Source: a virus. Taken from it: 64,000 nucleotides of DNA. The position numbers were made by a program, and so were the translations under genes. Shown here piece after piece: positions 51,514 through 61,228 of this stretch. The number at the start of each line of letters is the position of its first letter. Positions within the stretch are counted from its first letter, which is position 1. Where the stretch lies: IMG/VR virus record IMGVR_UViG_3300022226_000004, positions 12,992 through 76,991 of that record. The stretch is one strand, 5' to 3'. Under the pieces are notes generated by a model that worked only from the letters and a program-made list of their open reading frames with translations, did not search any database and was not told the origin of the DNA.

Positions 51514-51775
51514 AACAGAACACCCTGAGGGAGATACATTTGATCGTGCCATTTTCGGAATCGCCATGGTATCTCTGGAACTCGTTGGACAGCTCAATGA
51601 ATTCACATGCGCTGGCAAGTCTTGGGATCCCATGACTGCACGCTCGCTAACAGGAAAGCTAATGAGAAACGTCGCTATGCTTTGTCGCGCACACGACTGG
51701 CGCTTGGAAGATATCTTGGTCGAGGACGTTAAGGTTCATCAAGCCGATGTCAAACAATTGACCGACCATGAGTGA
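51488..51775 (+). CDS. Degenerate MazG-like helical protein
   Basis: Helix pattern ..ELVGQL...LMRNVAMLC...LEDIL, without the catalytic ELGD. Confidence 0.35.
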   Translation: MRWKEYLNETEHPEGDTFDRAIFGIAMVSLELVGQLNEFTCAGKSWDPMTARSLTGKLMRNVAMLCRAHDWRLEDILVEDVKVHQADVKQLTDHE

Positions 51776-52181
51776 AAGCCTAAGACAAGGACAGTTCTCC
51801 GGGACTCTCGTCCGCAACGCGGAGTTCGACAACAAGGGTGGCTACGACAAGCTCAAGTTCACCATTGCCGTCGAACGATGGGTTAAGAAGGACAGCACTG
51901 CTGATAACAGCATGTATGTGCAATGCACGTTGTTCGGCAAGCGAGCTTCATCACTGGAAGACCACCTCAAGAAAGGGACAACGGTAATTGTGTCCGGCTC
52001 ACTATGGGCCACTGCATGGACATCCAAAGGCGGCGATCCTATGGCTTCCATTCAGTGCGAGGTGAGCCAGTTTGCTTTCCAGCGGTCCCCATCTAGCGAG
52101 AAGCCAGTTTCAGCAGCACCAAAACGACAAGCTAGCGCTCCAAAACAAGACGAAGATAACGACGATGATGTCCCGTTCTGA
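51768..52181 (+). CDS. ssb: Single-stranded DNA-binding protein
   Basis: G.LVRNAE..FTIAV..CTLFGKRA..LKKGT.V.VSG.L...DDDVPF. Confidence 0.9.
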   Translation: MSESLRQGQFSGTLVRNAEFDNKGGYDKLKFTIAVERWVKKDSTADNSMYVQCTLFGKRASSLEDHLKKGTTVIVSGSLWATAWTSKGGDPMASIQCEVSQFAFQRSPSSEKPVSAAPKRQASAPKQDEDNDDDVPF

Positions 52182-52440
52182 TATCCTTATTGAACTGCAG
52201 TGCATGAAGGGGTTGCCCCCCGAAGCAGCACGCTTGTCCGTTAAAACAGGCTGTGCAATCGAAGGCCTAACCGATGAATGGCGCAACAGCGAGCCGACCA
52301 ACTCTGAATGGCTCGATGTCCTGACCGCACTGCGGTCCCATGACGACTGTCCTAAGGCAGTGGTCAATGCCATGATTGCCAAGTTTTTAATAGAGGAAGG
52401 AGACACTGATGACGGAATCCAAATCGCGCAGCGTAACTAG
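52165..52440 (+). CDS. Hypothetical protein
   Basis: Fills the gap between ssb and the initiator-like gene. Confidence 0.45.
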   Translation: MMSRSDILIELQCMKGLPPEAARLSVKTGCAIEGLTDEWRNSEPTNSEWLDVLTALRSHDDCPKAVVNAMIAKFLIEEGDTDDGIQIAQRN

Positions 52441-52930
52441 GCAGATCCAAGAGTATATCAAGGAAGGAAAGGAGCCCAACGATCCTTTGCTCACGCTTGT
52501 CCTCGACGAGCACCGGGAAGCTATGGCTGCTCAGGCCATAGCTAACACCACACTGTTCATTGGTGCCGTCTGCGCTTTGGTCGAGACGCTGAAGAAAGTC
52601 TACGCACCGGCACGCATAGATCCGTGGTCTATCGAACGTATCTACAGGGCATACCCTCGGAAGAAAGGGCGTGCGGCTGCGTTTAAGGCGATCGGCAAGG
52701 CCATCATGGACAAGGAGCTTGCCTTCGGTCTGACTGATGTATCCTCCCGAATCGCATGGATGCTCAGGCGTGTCGAACAGTATGCTGCATCGAGAGCCGG
52801 CGAAGATCAGGACTTCACCCCATACCCGGCAACATGGTTCAACCAACAACGATACCTGGACGAAGATCTAGCGCCTTCTCAACCAAAGGGCTCAGGATGG
52901 ACAACGCAAAAAAGAACGTCAGCCGCGTAA
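52409..52930 (+). CDS. Replication initiator C-terminal-like protein
   Basis: AYPRKKGRAAAFKA...FTPYPATWFNQQRYLDE. Confidence 0.7.
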   Translation: MTESKSRSVTRQIQEYIKEGKEPNDPLLTLVLDEHREAMAAQAIANTTLFIGAVCALVETLKKVYAPARIDPWSIERIYRAYPRKKGRAAAFKAIGKAIMDKELAFGLTDVSSRIAWMLRRVEQYAASRAGEDQDFTPYPATWFNQQRYLDEDLAPSQPKGSGWTTQKRTSAA

Positions 52931-53154
52931 AAGTTTGCCAAGGGCCAGACTGTGGCAAGGCGCCGGACGGACACAGCTATTACTTCTGTCGGTCATGCGA
53001 ATCCGAGGTGACTCACGCTCTGCTGGAGCAAATACGCCAGGCCTACAACGCTGACAACGCCAAGCGATTGCGAGCGTTAATGGTTCGGGCTGGTCTAGAT
53101 CTTGTCGGCAAGAAACACGGGCTGAAATGCAAGAGACGCAAGAAGAAAAAGTAA
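52897..53154 (+). CDS. Small Zn-finger protein
   Basis: CQGPDC...FCRSC. Confidence 0.45.
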   Translation: MDNAKKNVSRVKVCQGPDCGKAPDGHSYYFCRSCESEVTHALLEQIRQAYNADNAKRLRALMVRAGLDLVGKKHGLKCKRRKKKK

Positions 53155-53897
53155 CCACTTGGTTTGAGTGCGCTTCGTGCGGCAAGCGGAAGTCCATGGT
53201 CTGTAACAAGATCGGCCTAACGTGGTTCAAGGAGACCGAAACTTTGGACAATGGGGATGTGCTGGTCAAGAGCATAGGGATTCGATGCGACTCATGCAAT
53301 CAGCAGACCGTGCCGAAAACCGTTGACGGGACAGAGCTGATCAACAAGTGGATACCGGAAGCTTATAAAGATTCCCGTGTCGAGATGTTACAAGAGGTGT
53401 CAGGCCTTGGAGCCCAGACATTTGAGCGGATCATGACCTGGTCGCATGATAAGAGCCTTCTTCTTTATGGCCCTCCAAGACGGGGCAAGACAAGGATGGT
53501 TTGCCAGTTGCTAATGAGGTTTGCCCACGAGGGGCACGGCATCCAGTTCCTGGACAGCCAGCGCTTCCGCCGTGGGGTAGAGGAAGGCTTGCGAATGAAA
53601 TACTTTGATGATTGGTTCAGCCGTGCAGCCAAGGTGCGCGTGTTAGCACTAGACGATCTCGGCAAGATCAAGGGCTCTGAGAAACGAGTTGAAGAAGAAC
53701 TGTTCAACCTTGTAGACACCCGCGTCGCCAATGGGCGGCCGCTCATTGTAACGACCAACGCAAGTGTCGATGAGCTCAAATCCAGGTTCTCTAAAGCCAT
53801 AGCTGAGCCATTGATCAAGAGGCTCCAAGACTGCTGCACCTCGTTCGCTATAGGCATGGGCGACGTTGGCGAAGAACAAGAACTTGAGCTAGTATGA
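53127..53897 (+). CDS. DnaC/IstB-like helicase loader ATPase
   Basis: CxxC..CxxC, LLLYGPPRRGKT, VLALDDLG, LFNLVDTR..RPLIVTTN. Confidence 0.88.
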   Translation: MQETQEEKVTTWFECASCGKRKSMVCNKIGLTWFKETETLDNGDVLVKSIGIRCDSCNQQTVPKTVDGTELINKWIPEAYKDSRVEMLQEVSGLGAQTFERIMTWSHDKSLLLYGPPRRGKTRMVCQLLMRFAHEGHGIQFLDSQRFRRGVEEGLRMKYFDDWFSRAAKVRVLALDDLGKIKGSEKRVEEELFNLVDTRVANGRPLIVTTNASVDELKSRFSKAIAEPLIKRLQDCCTSFAIGMGDVGEEQELELV

Positions 53898-54235
53898 CAT
53901 GGCTCGAGACATTGGATCAGCTGCCGCCGATATGCTGCCGCTTGTCAGCACGGCACAACCATGCGCTCATGCCGTTGCGCATGATCCAAGATCGATCCGG
54001 CTTGTCATGGGCTAAGGTTAAAAGGATCTCGCGGTTGACAACCTGGGAGTCAGTCAAAATAGGCGATGCGATAAAGTTCGCGGAAGCGTGTGGTGTGGAT
54101 TTGCTACGGAAGCGCCACAAAAGGCACTACCTCAGGCGAGTGCTCAACGGAAGGGATCCCGTGGCAACGCTTGCGGGAAAGAAAGAACAAGAGAAATATG
54201 TGGAGACACTGATACGAAGGCTAACAAATGAGTGA
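53894..54235 (+). CDS. HTH-like protein upstream of the recombinase
   Basis: LRMIQDRSGLSWAKVKRIS..FAEACGVD. Confidence 0.5.
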   Translation: MTWLETLDQLPPICCRLSARHNHALMPLRMIQDRSGLSWAKVKRISRLTTWESVKIGDAIKFAEACGVDLLRKRHKRHYLRRVLNGRDPVATLAGKKEQEKYVETLIRRLTNE

Positions 54236-55136
54236 AGTAACAGACACTGAGGCTGCAGTAGTAGCCTACTTCGAAGCCAATGACGATCGATGGTCAGTGC
54301 GAACAAGGGAGTCAATGCGGGACTGGATCCTTGCTGCCGTTCCTCACATTGGGGCAGACCTGAATGGGGACACCATTAATAAGTATCTAGACAGGAAACG
54401 GAGGCAGGGCCGATCTAATAATACTGTGTCGCTCTATCGACGCGCTTTAAAGTCCTTGTGTCAATGGTCGGAAGAACATGGATACGCACCCAAAGGGGAA
54501 GCGGACAAAATCAAACCCTACAGCAAGGTGAGCCCGCTGAAGCGGGACGTTATCACCCATGCTGAATACCTCAAGATAATAGAGGTCACTGAAATCAACT
54601 ACCCTTGCCTTGCGGATCCTTTCCGCGTGGCTTATTGGACTGGCCTGCGCTGCTTCGATGTCTACAGATTGGCCCGAGAGCATATCGATCAGGCCGAGTC
54701 TGCTATCATTATGGTCCCGCACAAGACCAAAAGATTTGATCGTAGGGTTTGCATCCCTATCGACTGGAATACCGAACTAGGCGAGACCCTGCTGCGCCAC
54801 CTTGATCTAGCTGTGGATGATGTCACTCCTTTCTTTACGCCTTATGGGTCACTGGCGCACAAACCTGGTGCAAACCTGTCACAGGTAACAAAAGACATTC
54901 AACTAAAAGCAGGTGTCAGGAAGTTTACCTTTCATACCTTCAGGCGCACGTTCTTAACAAACTTGATGAACTCAGGGGCGGCACCACAGATTGCCACCGC
55001 TGTCTCAGGGATCAAGGCGCCCGAAGTGCTCATGAGATATGTTGTCCCACAGGCAGAGGGACTCAGAAGGGTAATGTCTGAAGCTCGTCGATACACAGTA
55101 ACCAAGGAAAAATATGGAAGCGATAAAACAATATGA
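54228..55136 (+). CDS. int: Tyrosine recombinase/integrase
   Basis: TGLR..V, HKTK, FHTFRRTF, RYV; SAM-like N-terminal domain. Confidence 0.88.
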   Translation: MSEVTDTEAAVVAYFEANDDRWSVRTRESMRDWILAAVPHIGADLNGDTINKYLDRKRRQGRSNNTVSLYRRALKSLCQWSEEHGYAPKGEADKIKPYSKVSPLKRDVITHAEYLKIIEVTEINYPCLADPFRVAYWTGLRCFDVYRLAREHIDQAESAIIMVPHKTKRFDRRVCIPIDWNTELGETLLRHLDLAVDDVTPFFTPYGSLAHKPGANLSQVTKDIQLKAGVRKFTFHTFRRTFLTNLMNSGAAPQIATAVSGIKAPEVLMRYVVPQAEGLRRVMSEARRYTVTKEKYGSDKTI

Positions 55137-55698
55137 CATCATACAGGTAGTCAAGGGGGCTGAAGACATGGCCCTGATGGGGCTAGTGATCCATGTTGGT
55201 AGGCAGCATGTGAAGTGCTGGTGCCGGACACCATATGATGCTGGCTCACAGGGGTATGTGTTCACGGCTCTGAAGGCTTCCGTTGCCAGGATAGGCAAAG
55301 GTAAGATGAGACCACGACAGGTAGCTGAGACACCAAAGGAAACGGCCCCAAACCCTAGCGTGAAGCACGACCCTCCGCCTGCCCCAGCGCCGCCACCCCC
55401 GCAGCTGCCCAGCGATATCATAGCCAAGGCAAAGGTGATTGCTGACAGAATTGTCCCTGATGAGTTGTCAGCCCCAGCAGTGCACGAAATCCCGAAACCC
55501 TTAGCGTCACATGCAAACAGAAATCAAGGTCCCAAAGAGAAGGCTCCGGAAACAACAGAGCGTGAAACCCAGGGGGAGACAATACGTCCCGAAGGTAAGA
55601 TACAAGGATCTCGGCGGCGGAAAGTATCTATTCCAATGGAGAGTAAAGGTCGGCAAAAAAATCTTCCGGCGCCAGAGCACTCGCGGCCTGGTGTCTGA
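55114..55698 (+). CDS. Hypothetical protein (SH3-like N-terminus, Pro-rich tail)
   Basis: 194 aa. Confidence 0.5.
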   Translation: MEAIKQYDIIQVVKGAEDMALMGLVIHVGRQHVKCWCRTPYDAGSQGYVFTALKASVARIGKGKMRPRQVAETPKETAPNPSVKHDPPPAPAPPPPQLPSDIIAKAKVIADRIVPDELSAPAVHEIPKPLASHANRNQGPKEKAPETTERETQGETIRPEGKIQGSRRRKVSIPMESKGRQKNLPAPEHSRPGV

Positions 55699-55746
55699 GG
55701 TCTCCGCTAAAGAAGTGGCAGCATACCTCTTGAGTCATATCACGAA

Positions 55747-56511
55747 ATGGCAGCCTTCCGAAGAAAAAAGGACACAACCTACTTCGTTCACTCAGGAGAC
55801 ATTGGCGATTTGATTTACGCATTGCCAGCCATGAGGGCCAAGGCCACTGGTCAAGTTGGGATTATCCTGGCACGCCGCTCCAAGGTTAGGCATCCGTGGG
55901 ATGAGCCATGGGTGGAGAATGCGCGGCCGCTACTGGAGGCTCAGCCCTACATTTCCCACGTCTGGTTCAATGACACAGATGACCAAAGGACAAAGATATG
56001 GGACCATGATGTTGACCCATTTCGGCCTTACCTAATCAGGAACTATCACTGGGGCTCAACGATAGCTGACTACGTGGCAATCATCTTAGGGGTGGACAAG
56101 CAATGCTCCCGTGAACCATGGATCGAGGTTGACCACCCGACCTATGTGGACGGGAGGCCTGTGGTAATCAGCCGTAGCTTGCGATACCGGAATAAGAACT
56201 TCCCTTGGAAGCGAGTCTACGAAGCCTACAAGAAGGCTGCCGTTTTCGTCGGCACTGAACAGGAGCATGCCGCATTTACTGGCCTTTACGGAAAGATCCC
56301 TATGGCTGTAACCCCAACGCTGATGGACCTAGCTCGCTTGATCAGCGGTTGCCGGCTCTTCATCGGTAATCAATCATTGCCTTACGCTATCGCGGAAGGG
56401 CTGAAGCATACCACGATTCAGGAACCGTCACCCAAGATTCCTGATTGCATGTGGTTGAGACCTAACGCAAGCTTTGGGTGGCAACCAAACATTCACTTAC
56501 CAGAGATATGA
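55747..56511 (+). CDS. GT9-like (heptosyltransferase-fold) glycosyltransferase
   Basis: HSGDIGDLIYALP, LLEAQPYI, VFVG...E, TLMDLARLISGC.LFIGNQSLPYAIAEGL. Confidence 0.8.
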   Translation: MAAFRRKKDTTYFVHSGDIGDLIYALPAMRAKATGQVGIILARRSKVRHPWDEPWVENARPLLEAQPYISHVWFNDTDDQRTKIWDHDVDPFRPYLIRNYHWGSTIADYVAIILGVDKQCSREPWIEVDHPTYVDGRPVVISRSLRYRNKNFPWKRVYEAYKKAAVFVGTEQEHAAFTGLYGKIPMAVTPTLMDLARLISGCRLFIGNQSLPYAIAEGLKHTTIQEPSPKIPDCMWLRPNASFGWQPNIHLPEI

Positions 56512-56891
56512 CAGTCAAAAAAGTATGGGGAACAGAGGAGTGGCTACACAACGGCACTTACTGCATGAAGCGGATGACCTTGCGCAAGGGCTTTCAGTGC
56601 TCGATGCACTACCACCCAATCAAGCACGAGACCTTTTTTGTTATCTCAGGCAGGATGCTTCTTGCGCAACCGGAGTCAACCTTCTCTGAACCTGTTTATT
56701 CGGTGCTCGGGCCTGGAGAGCACTGCGTTATTCCGACTTGCCGACTCCACCAGTTTATTGGCCTTGAGGAGTGCACGTTCATTGAGGCATCAAGCCATCA
56801 TGATGATGACGATGTTTGGCGGATAGATGAATCCAAGAAGCTTGGCCCAGAGGAATTCAAGGCCTGCCAGGAAATAGCTAAAGGCCTATGA
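56508..56891 (+). CDS. Cupin sugar isomerase-like protein
   Basis: KVWG.E...CSMHYHPIKHETF.V.SG...HQF..FIEASS. Confidence 0.8.
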   Translation: MTVKKVWGTEEWLHNGTYCMKRMTLRKGFQCSMHYHPIKHETFFVISGRMLLAQPESTFSEPVYSVLGPGEHCVIPTCRLHQFIGLEECTFIEASSHHDDDDVWRIDESKKLGPEEFKACQEIAKGL

Positions 56892-57586
56892 GACACACAC
56901 CTAAAGCAAGAGTCGTCATCGTTACTGGAGGCCTGCGATGCGGGAGCACGAAGCTTTTCAACCTACTGAAAGCGCTCCTCCCCGACCCGGAGGTAGCATT
57001 AAAGGACAAACAAATCTCAATCAACACCCTGGTTGCTGACCATGAATCAGCTAAGCCACTCTTGATTAAAAGACACTTCGAGATGCCAGCCACTGTGACG
57101 CCTGATGTCTATGGTCTTGTCCCCGTAAGAGACCCTGGGGATATCGCGTGCTCAATGCTGCGTTACGGCAAGCTGAACCCGTATAAGAAGAAGTGGCAAG
57201 ACCCCAACCTCATATTGACTGACGTGGCTACCCAGCTGCATTGGGAAAGACAGCTGCTCATACGCCCGGATGTGACGGCAGTGTTATACGAGGAACTCAT
57301 GCATTATTGTCTGAGCACTATGTCAGGCATCCTTGATTATATCGGACACCCCGCTGACGATGACGCAATTGCTGGTGCGTGTGCCGCCGAAGACCCTCGC
57401 AAAATCCAAGAGATATGCGCCGGGATCGAGCCAGGCAGAACTGACTACTGGACTAACCGGCATTACGGGCATATCAGCAGAGGCCTTGGTGAGTCCGTAA
57501 CGCTGGATAGCGAAGAGGCCGCCTTGAGGGAGATGGTAGACAATACCTTTGGCAAACCTCGAATCCTTCATGAACAAGCTTGGTAA
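56888..57586 (+). CDS. Sulfotransferase-like P-loop protein
   Basis: GGLRCGSTKLFN, KRH, RDPGDIACS, LYEEL. Confidence 0.7.
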   Translation: MRHTPKARVVIVTGGLRCGSTKLFNLLKALLPDPEVALKDKQISINTLVADHESAKPLLIKRHFEMPATVTPDVYGLVPVRDPGDIACSMLRYGKLNPYKKKWQDPNLILTDVATQLHWERQLLIRPDVTAVLYEELMHYCLSTMSGILDYIGHPADDDAIAGACAAEDPRKIQEICAGIEPGRTDYWTNRHYGHISRGLGESVTLDSEEAALREMVDNTFGKPRILHEQAW

Positions 57587-58983
57587 TGACACTAGATCAA
57601 TTAGCCGCCAGCTCAGGGTATCCTGACCTATCCTACCATAATTGGCTCAAGGCCCTGGCCGAGAGAGTCAGCGCCAAGCATGTCCTCGAGGTCGGGAGCT
57701 ACCTGGGATCTACAGCTGTGGCTATCCTTGGTGCAGCCAACAAGCCATCAATCACCCTGTTGGACGACCTGCAGCTCAGTGATCGAGGTGTCCTTGCTGC
57801 CAACGTGCCAGGTGATAGGGTGAGACAGATCGTCTACGGCAAGGATCTGGTTCAAATGCCTAAGATCCTCAAGGCTTTCCAAGATATTGACTTCGTTCAT
57901 TTGGATGCAGATCACAGGGCATATCCTTTGCTCGGAGAGTTGATCTGTGTTCATCTGTTCTCCGGAGCCAAGACTATTGTTGTTCATGATGCATCAGACA
58001 AGTATGTAAAGCACGGTGTTGCTGAGTTTAAGCGATGGTATGGAAGTCACTGGGATATCCAGGAAGTCAAAGAGGTTTACAGTGAGGCATATCTGATAAC
58101 TCGCAAGACCAATAGCAGGGAACAAAGCAACGCCACCACCAATCTTATAGTTCCACCAGGCATTGGAGACATAGCCTGGGTATGGCAACGATTGCCGGAA
58201 GACTTCGGTGATGTTACGGTTCAAGTGTGTGGCGGCGGGCCTCCGCGTGCTGTCCCATTTGTGGACTTGCTACCTGGGGTTATCAAAGCTGAGCTCACGA
58301 CACTGAGGTTTGCGTGGTTGCGGATTTATCGAATCCCTTATTACGCTGACCCCAGGCTATTCAAAGGGACATCCTTCCCCATCGAGGTTAATGGGTTCCT
58401 TGAGGGCGACTTCAAGCTCGGAGACGTTTTTCCTTCGGTGCCTGTTCGCTACTCCCTGCCACTGAAGATCCCCCAAGCAATGACACAACAAGCAATCCAG
58501 GTAGCAAGCAAATACAAAAACATCGTTGGACTCTACTCATCGTCTGGACCCAACAACAACTGGGGCCATAACGATCCAAGGAAGTGGTGCGAATCTGCTG
58601 TCGCAATCCACAGGGAGTTAAAGCCAGGGGCAATTGCTATCATTGGTGCTGACTTCGATAGGCCATACACTGACGTTATCTGCAGATGCCTCAAAGAGCG
58701 GCGCATACCGCATATCCCAGTGATAGGCCAACACATTGGCTACGTGACCGAGCTAATCAGACGAATGAAAGCACTACTAGCTTTCCCTTCTGGCATTGGG
58801 GTTATCGGATCCCTTGTAGGAACCCCCACAGTGATGGGTATGCCATGCCACCTGCCTAAGCTGCAATACAAATGGGTGAACCCCGCAGCAATCCAGTCAA
58901 AGAAGTTCATTCATAGGCCAATCGACAACCTAAAGCAAATGACCGACACCTTCCTTTATGAGCTCAACATGGATAGATCCTAA
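57586..58983 (+). CDS. Fusion: class I methyltransferase (Methyltransf_24-like) + GT9-like glycosyltransferase
   Basis: N-terminal VLEVGSYLGST, DFVHLDADH, VVHD; C-terminal PPGIGDIAW...IIG..D...AFPSGIGVI...TPTV. Confidence 0.75.
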   Translation: MTLDQLAASSGYPDLSYHNWLKALAERVSAKHVLEVGSYLGSTAVAILGAANKPSITLLDDLQLSDRGVLAANVPGDRVRQIVYGKDLVQMPKILKAFQDIDFVHLDADHRAYPLLGELICVHLFSGAKTIVVHDASDKYVKHGVAEFKRWYGSHWDIQEVKEVYSEAYLITRKTNSREQSNATTNLIVPPGIGDIAWVWQRLPEDFGDVTVQVCGGGPPRAVPFVDLLPGVIKAELTTLRFAWLRIYRIPYYADPRLFKGTSFPIEVNGFLEGDFKLGDVFPSVPVRYSLPLKIPQAMTQQAIQVASKYKNIVGLYSSSGPNNNWGHNDPRKWCESAVAIHRELKPGAIAIIGADFDRPYTDVICRCLKERRIPHIPVIGQHIGYVTELIRRMKALLAFPSGIGVIGSLVGTPTVMGMPCHLPKLQYKWVNPAAIQSKKFIHRPIDNLKQMTDTFLYELNMDRS

Positions 58984-59686
58984 AAAGCAAGGCGGCCCAG
59001 AGACAATGCTGATCATTGTCAATGGAGTGGAGTTTTCATTCCTGAACGAGGAGTGCATAGCCCAGCGAAATATTGCCGACACCGAGCCCAAGCAATACGA
59101 CGACAGCTACCTCGCGGAATACGAGAAGCGTGCAAGCTCACCCATAGCAGACAAGCTCATGGAATTCCGCAAGGGGTTTGCCCTGAAGTATGCACCAAAT
59201 GACACTTGCAAAATCCTGGACTACGGGTGCGGGTATGCACCTATCGTCCGCCAGGACATTGCGCTCAGGAATATGAATCAACCTGGAGCAGGCCGCTGGC
59301 ATGCATGGGACATCAATAAGGCGTGTCGCGAAGCCGTTGCTTCCAGGTGGTTGAACGTTGCTGAAACTAGAAGTCTGGATTACTTTGGGCTAGTATGTTT
59401 CTTTGATTGCCTTGAGCACTTCCAGGATCTGACGCCGGTCTTGAGCATGGTTCCCAACCGGTTTGTAGCCACCGTGCCCTGCCTGCCAACCAAGTCTTGG
59501 ATGAACCCCTGTATCCTGCAAGCATGGAAGCACTTCAAGCCAGGCGAGCACTTCATCTACGCAACTGCCCCAGGTTGGGCCAAACTGTTCCGGCAGCAAG
59601 GATTCAGTGTTCTCGATATTACCTCCATGGAGTCTAAGATAGGGCGTGAACATTCAATGACGTTTGCTTGTGAGCGAGACGAGTAA
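58958..59686 (+). CDS. Class I SAM methyltransferase
   Basis: YDDSY, ILDYGCG, WDIN, FFDCLEH, WKHFKPGEH. Confidence 0.8.
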   Translation: MSSTWIDPKKQGGPETMLIIVNGVEFSFLNEECIAQRNIADTEPKQYDDSYLAEYEKRASSPIADKLMEFRKGFALKYAPNDTCKILDYGCGYAPIVRQDIALRNMNQPGAGRWHAWDINKACREAVASRWLNVAETRSLDYFGLVCFFDCLEHFQDLTPVLSMVPNRFVATVPCLPTKSWMNPCILQAWKHFKPGEHFIYATAPGWAKLFRQQGFSVLDITSMESKIGREHSMTFACERDE

Positions 59687-60494
59687 TGCATTTAAAGCCC
59701 TGGCTGGGCCATGGATTGGCGAGCTCGGGTGGGAGATCATGTGCTGGCAGGGACACCTCAGGTGGCGAGCTAAGCGCACCCCTGACCTTAAAGGGATAAC
59801 AGTGTTGTGCGAACCTGGGCATGAAATACTGTATCGTGACTTTGCTACTCAGATCATCCACCAAGACCACTTTCCATCACCTGCCAGAGATTGCTGGGCA
59901 AATCGAGTGACCCAAGAGCTGCTTCCAATAGGTCTGGATCAATCACAATTCTCCAAGATCTGGACACCATCACGCCTTAAAGTCGACCACAGTCCTAGCG
60001 CAATCGGGTATCAATACTTCAGGAACCAGGTGTTCGTTCCATTCGGGGTCGAAGAAAAGAGAGACCGGTTGATAGTCTTTCACGCCAGGAAGACCAACAA
60101 GAACAATACTGGCTATAGGGATTGGGATACAAGACGGTGGGCTCAGCTTTATGAGTGGGCCTTCAGTAACGGCTTCGGAACAGTGTCCGTTGGCAGTAAG
60201 ACTGAATCCATTTGCGTGGGGTCAGAGAATAGCCGGTCACTTGACCAACGTGGGCTATCCCTGGAAGGCACTGTTGCTTGGCTCAGGAAAGCGCACTGCA
60301 TTGTCGGCCCATCATCCGGGCCTATGGTGTTGGCCCTGCATTCAAAGTGCCCGACAGTAACATGGGGGCCTAATGATCTCAGGGTTCGGTATGGGGAAAC
60401 ATGGAACCCCCTGAAGACCAAGGCAAAGTTTTGCTCAGCACCGAACTGGAGCCCAGAAGTAGAGAGCATCATCGAACTAATTGAATCACTATGA
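59664..60494 (+). CDS. GT9-like glycosyltransferase
   Basis: GPWIGELGWE, LYRDF, RDW...W, VGPSSGPM.LA..CPTVTW. Confidence 0.75.
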   Translation: MLVSETSNAFKALAGPWIGELGWEIMCWQGHLRWRAKRTPDLKGITVLCEPGHEILYRDFATQIIHQDHFPSPARDCWANRVTQELLPIGLDQSQFSKIWTPSRLKVDHSPSAIGYQYFRNQVFVPFGVEEKRDRLIVFHARKTNKNNTGYRDWDTRRWAQLYEWAFSNGFGTVSVGSKTESICVGSENSRSLDQRGLSLEGTVAWLRKAHCIVGPSSGPMVLALHSKCPTVTWGPNDLRVRYGETWNPLKTKAKFCSAPNWSPEVESIIELIESL

Positions 60495-61228
60495 TAGCAG
60501 TATCAAACATCACAGGGCATGGCGGTATAACTGAATACACAAACAGGATCCTATTGGACGACAGGTTTACAACAGATGATACCAGGACGATCACCGGCAG
60601 CAACCCGGGCAACGCCCTTATCCAATACCACCATACGGCGTGCGAACTCCCCTACATTGAGCGCGTGATGGAGTATTACGAAGCAACATCCATTGTGTTG
60701 CATGACCAGCATTTTGAAAACTTGTTGCCTGATCTTATTACGGAGTTCCGGTATAGGATCGTCCTTACCGAAGCCTTAAAAGCGCGTGTGCCAGACGCAA
60801 CCTTCCTGAGACCACCATGCATGGATAAAGCACCCACGGTTGTTGGGTTCGGAGCATGGAGGAACAATCATGACAGGAACCGCGAAGCATGCAGAAAAGC
60901 TGGTGTTGAATACACTGAAATAACTAAGTGGCTTTCATCACAGCAGTTCGAGATCAATCTGCGTCAAGCTGATGGTGTCATTCTTAGTTACTGCGAGGCT
61001 GATGCAATCTGTTGGCCATCGTCACTAGCTGCCGCGCTGGCTACTCACAAGCCAGTGTTCCTGTCAAACGTCCGCCACTTTGTGGATGCGCCCTCGTGCT
61101 CGTCAGTATTCAAACATGAAACGGAAGAGCAACTTGTAGCGCAGCTCGAAGATGCTTTCCGGATGCCATACATGAGAGAACACCAGTGGCACGCACACAT
61201 CAATGACCTTTACAACCTACTGAAATGA
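60491..61228 (+). CDS. GT-B glycosyltransferase-like protein
   Basis: GGITEYT, IQYH, LHD, ADGVILSY..SSLAAALA.HKPV..S..HF. Confidence 0.6.
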   Translation: MIAVSNITGHGGITEYTNRILLDDRFTTDDTRTITGSNPGNALIQYHHTACELPYIERVMEYYEATSIVLHDQHFENLLPDLITEFRYRIVLTEALKARVPDATFLRPPCMDKAPTVVGFGAWRNNHDRNREACRKAGVEYTEITKWLSSQQFEINLRQADGVILSYCEADAICWPSSLAAALATHKPVFLSNVRHFVDAPSCSSVFKHETEEQLVAQLEDAFRMPYMREHQWHAHINDLYNLLK

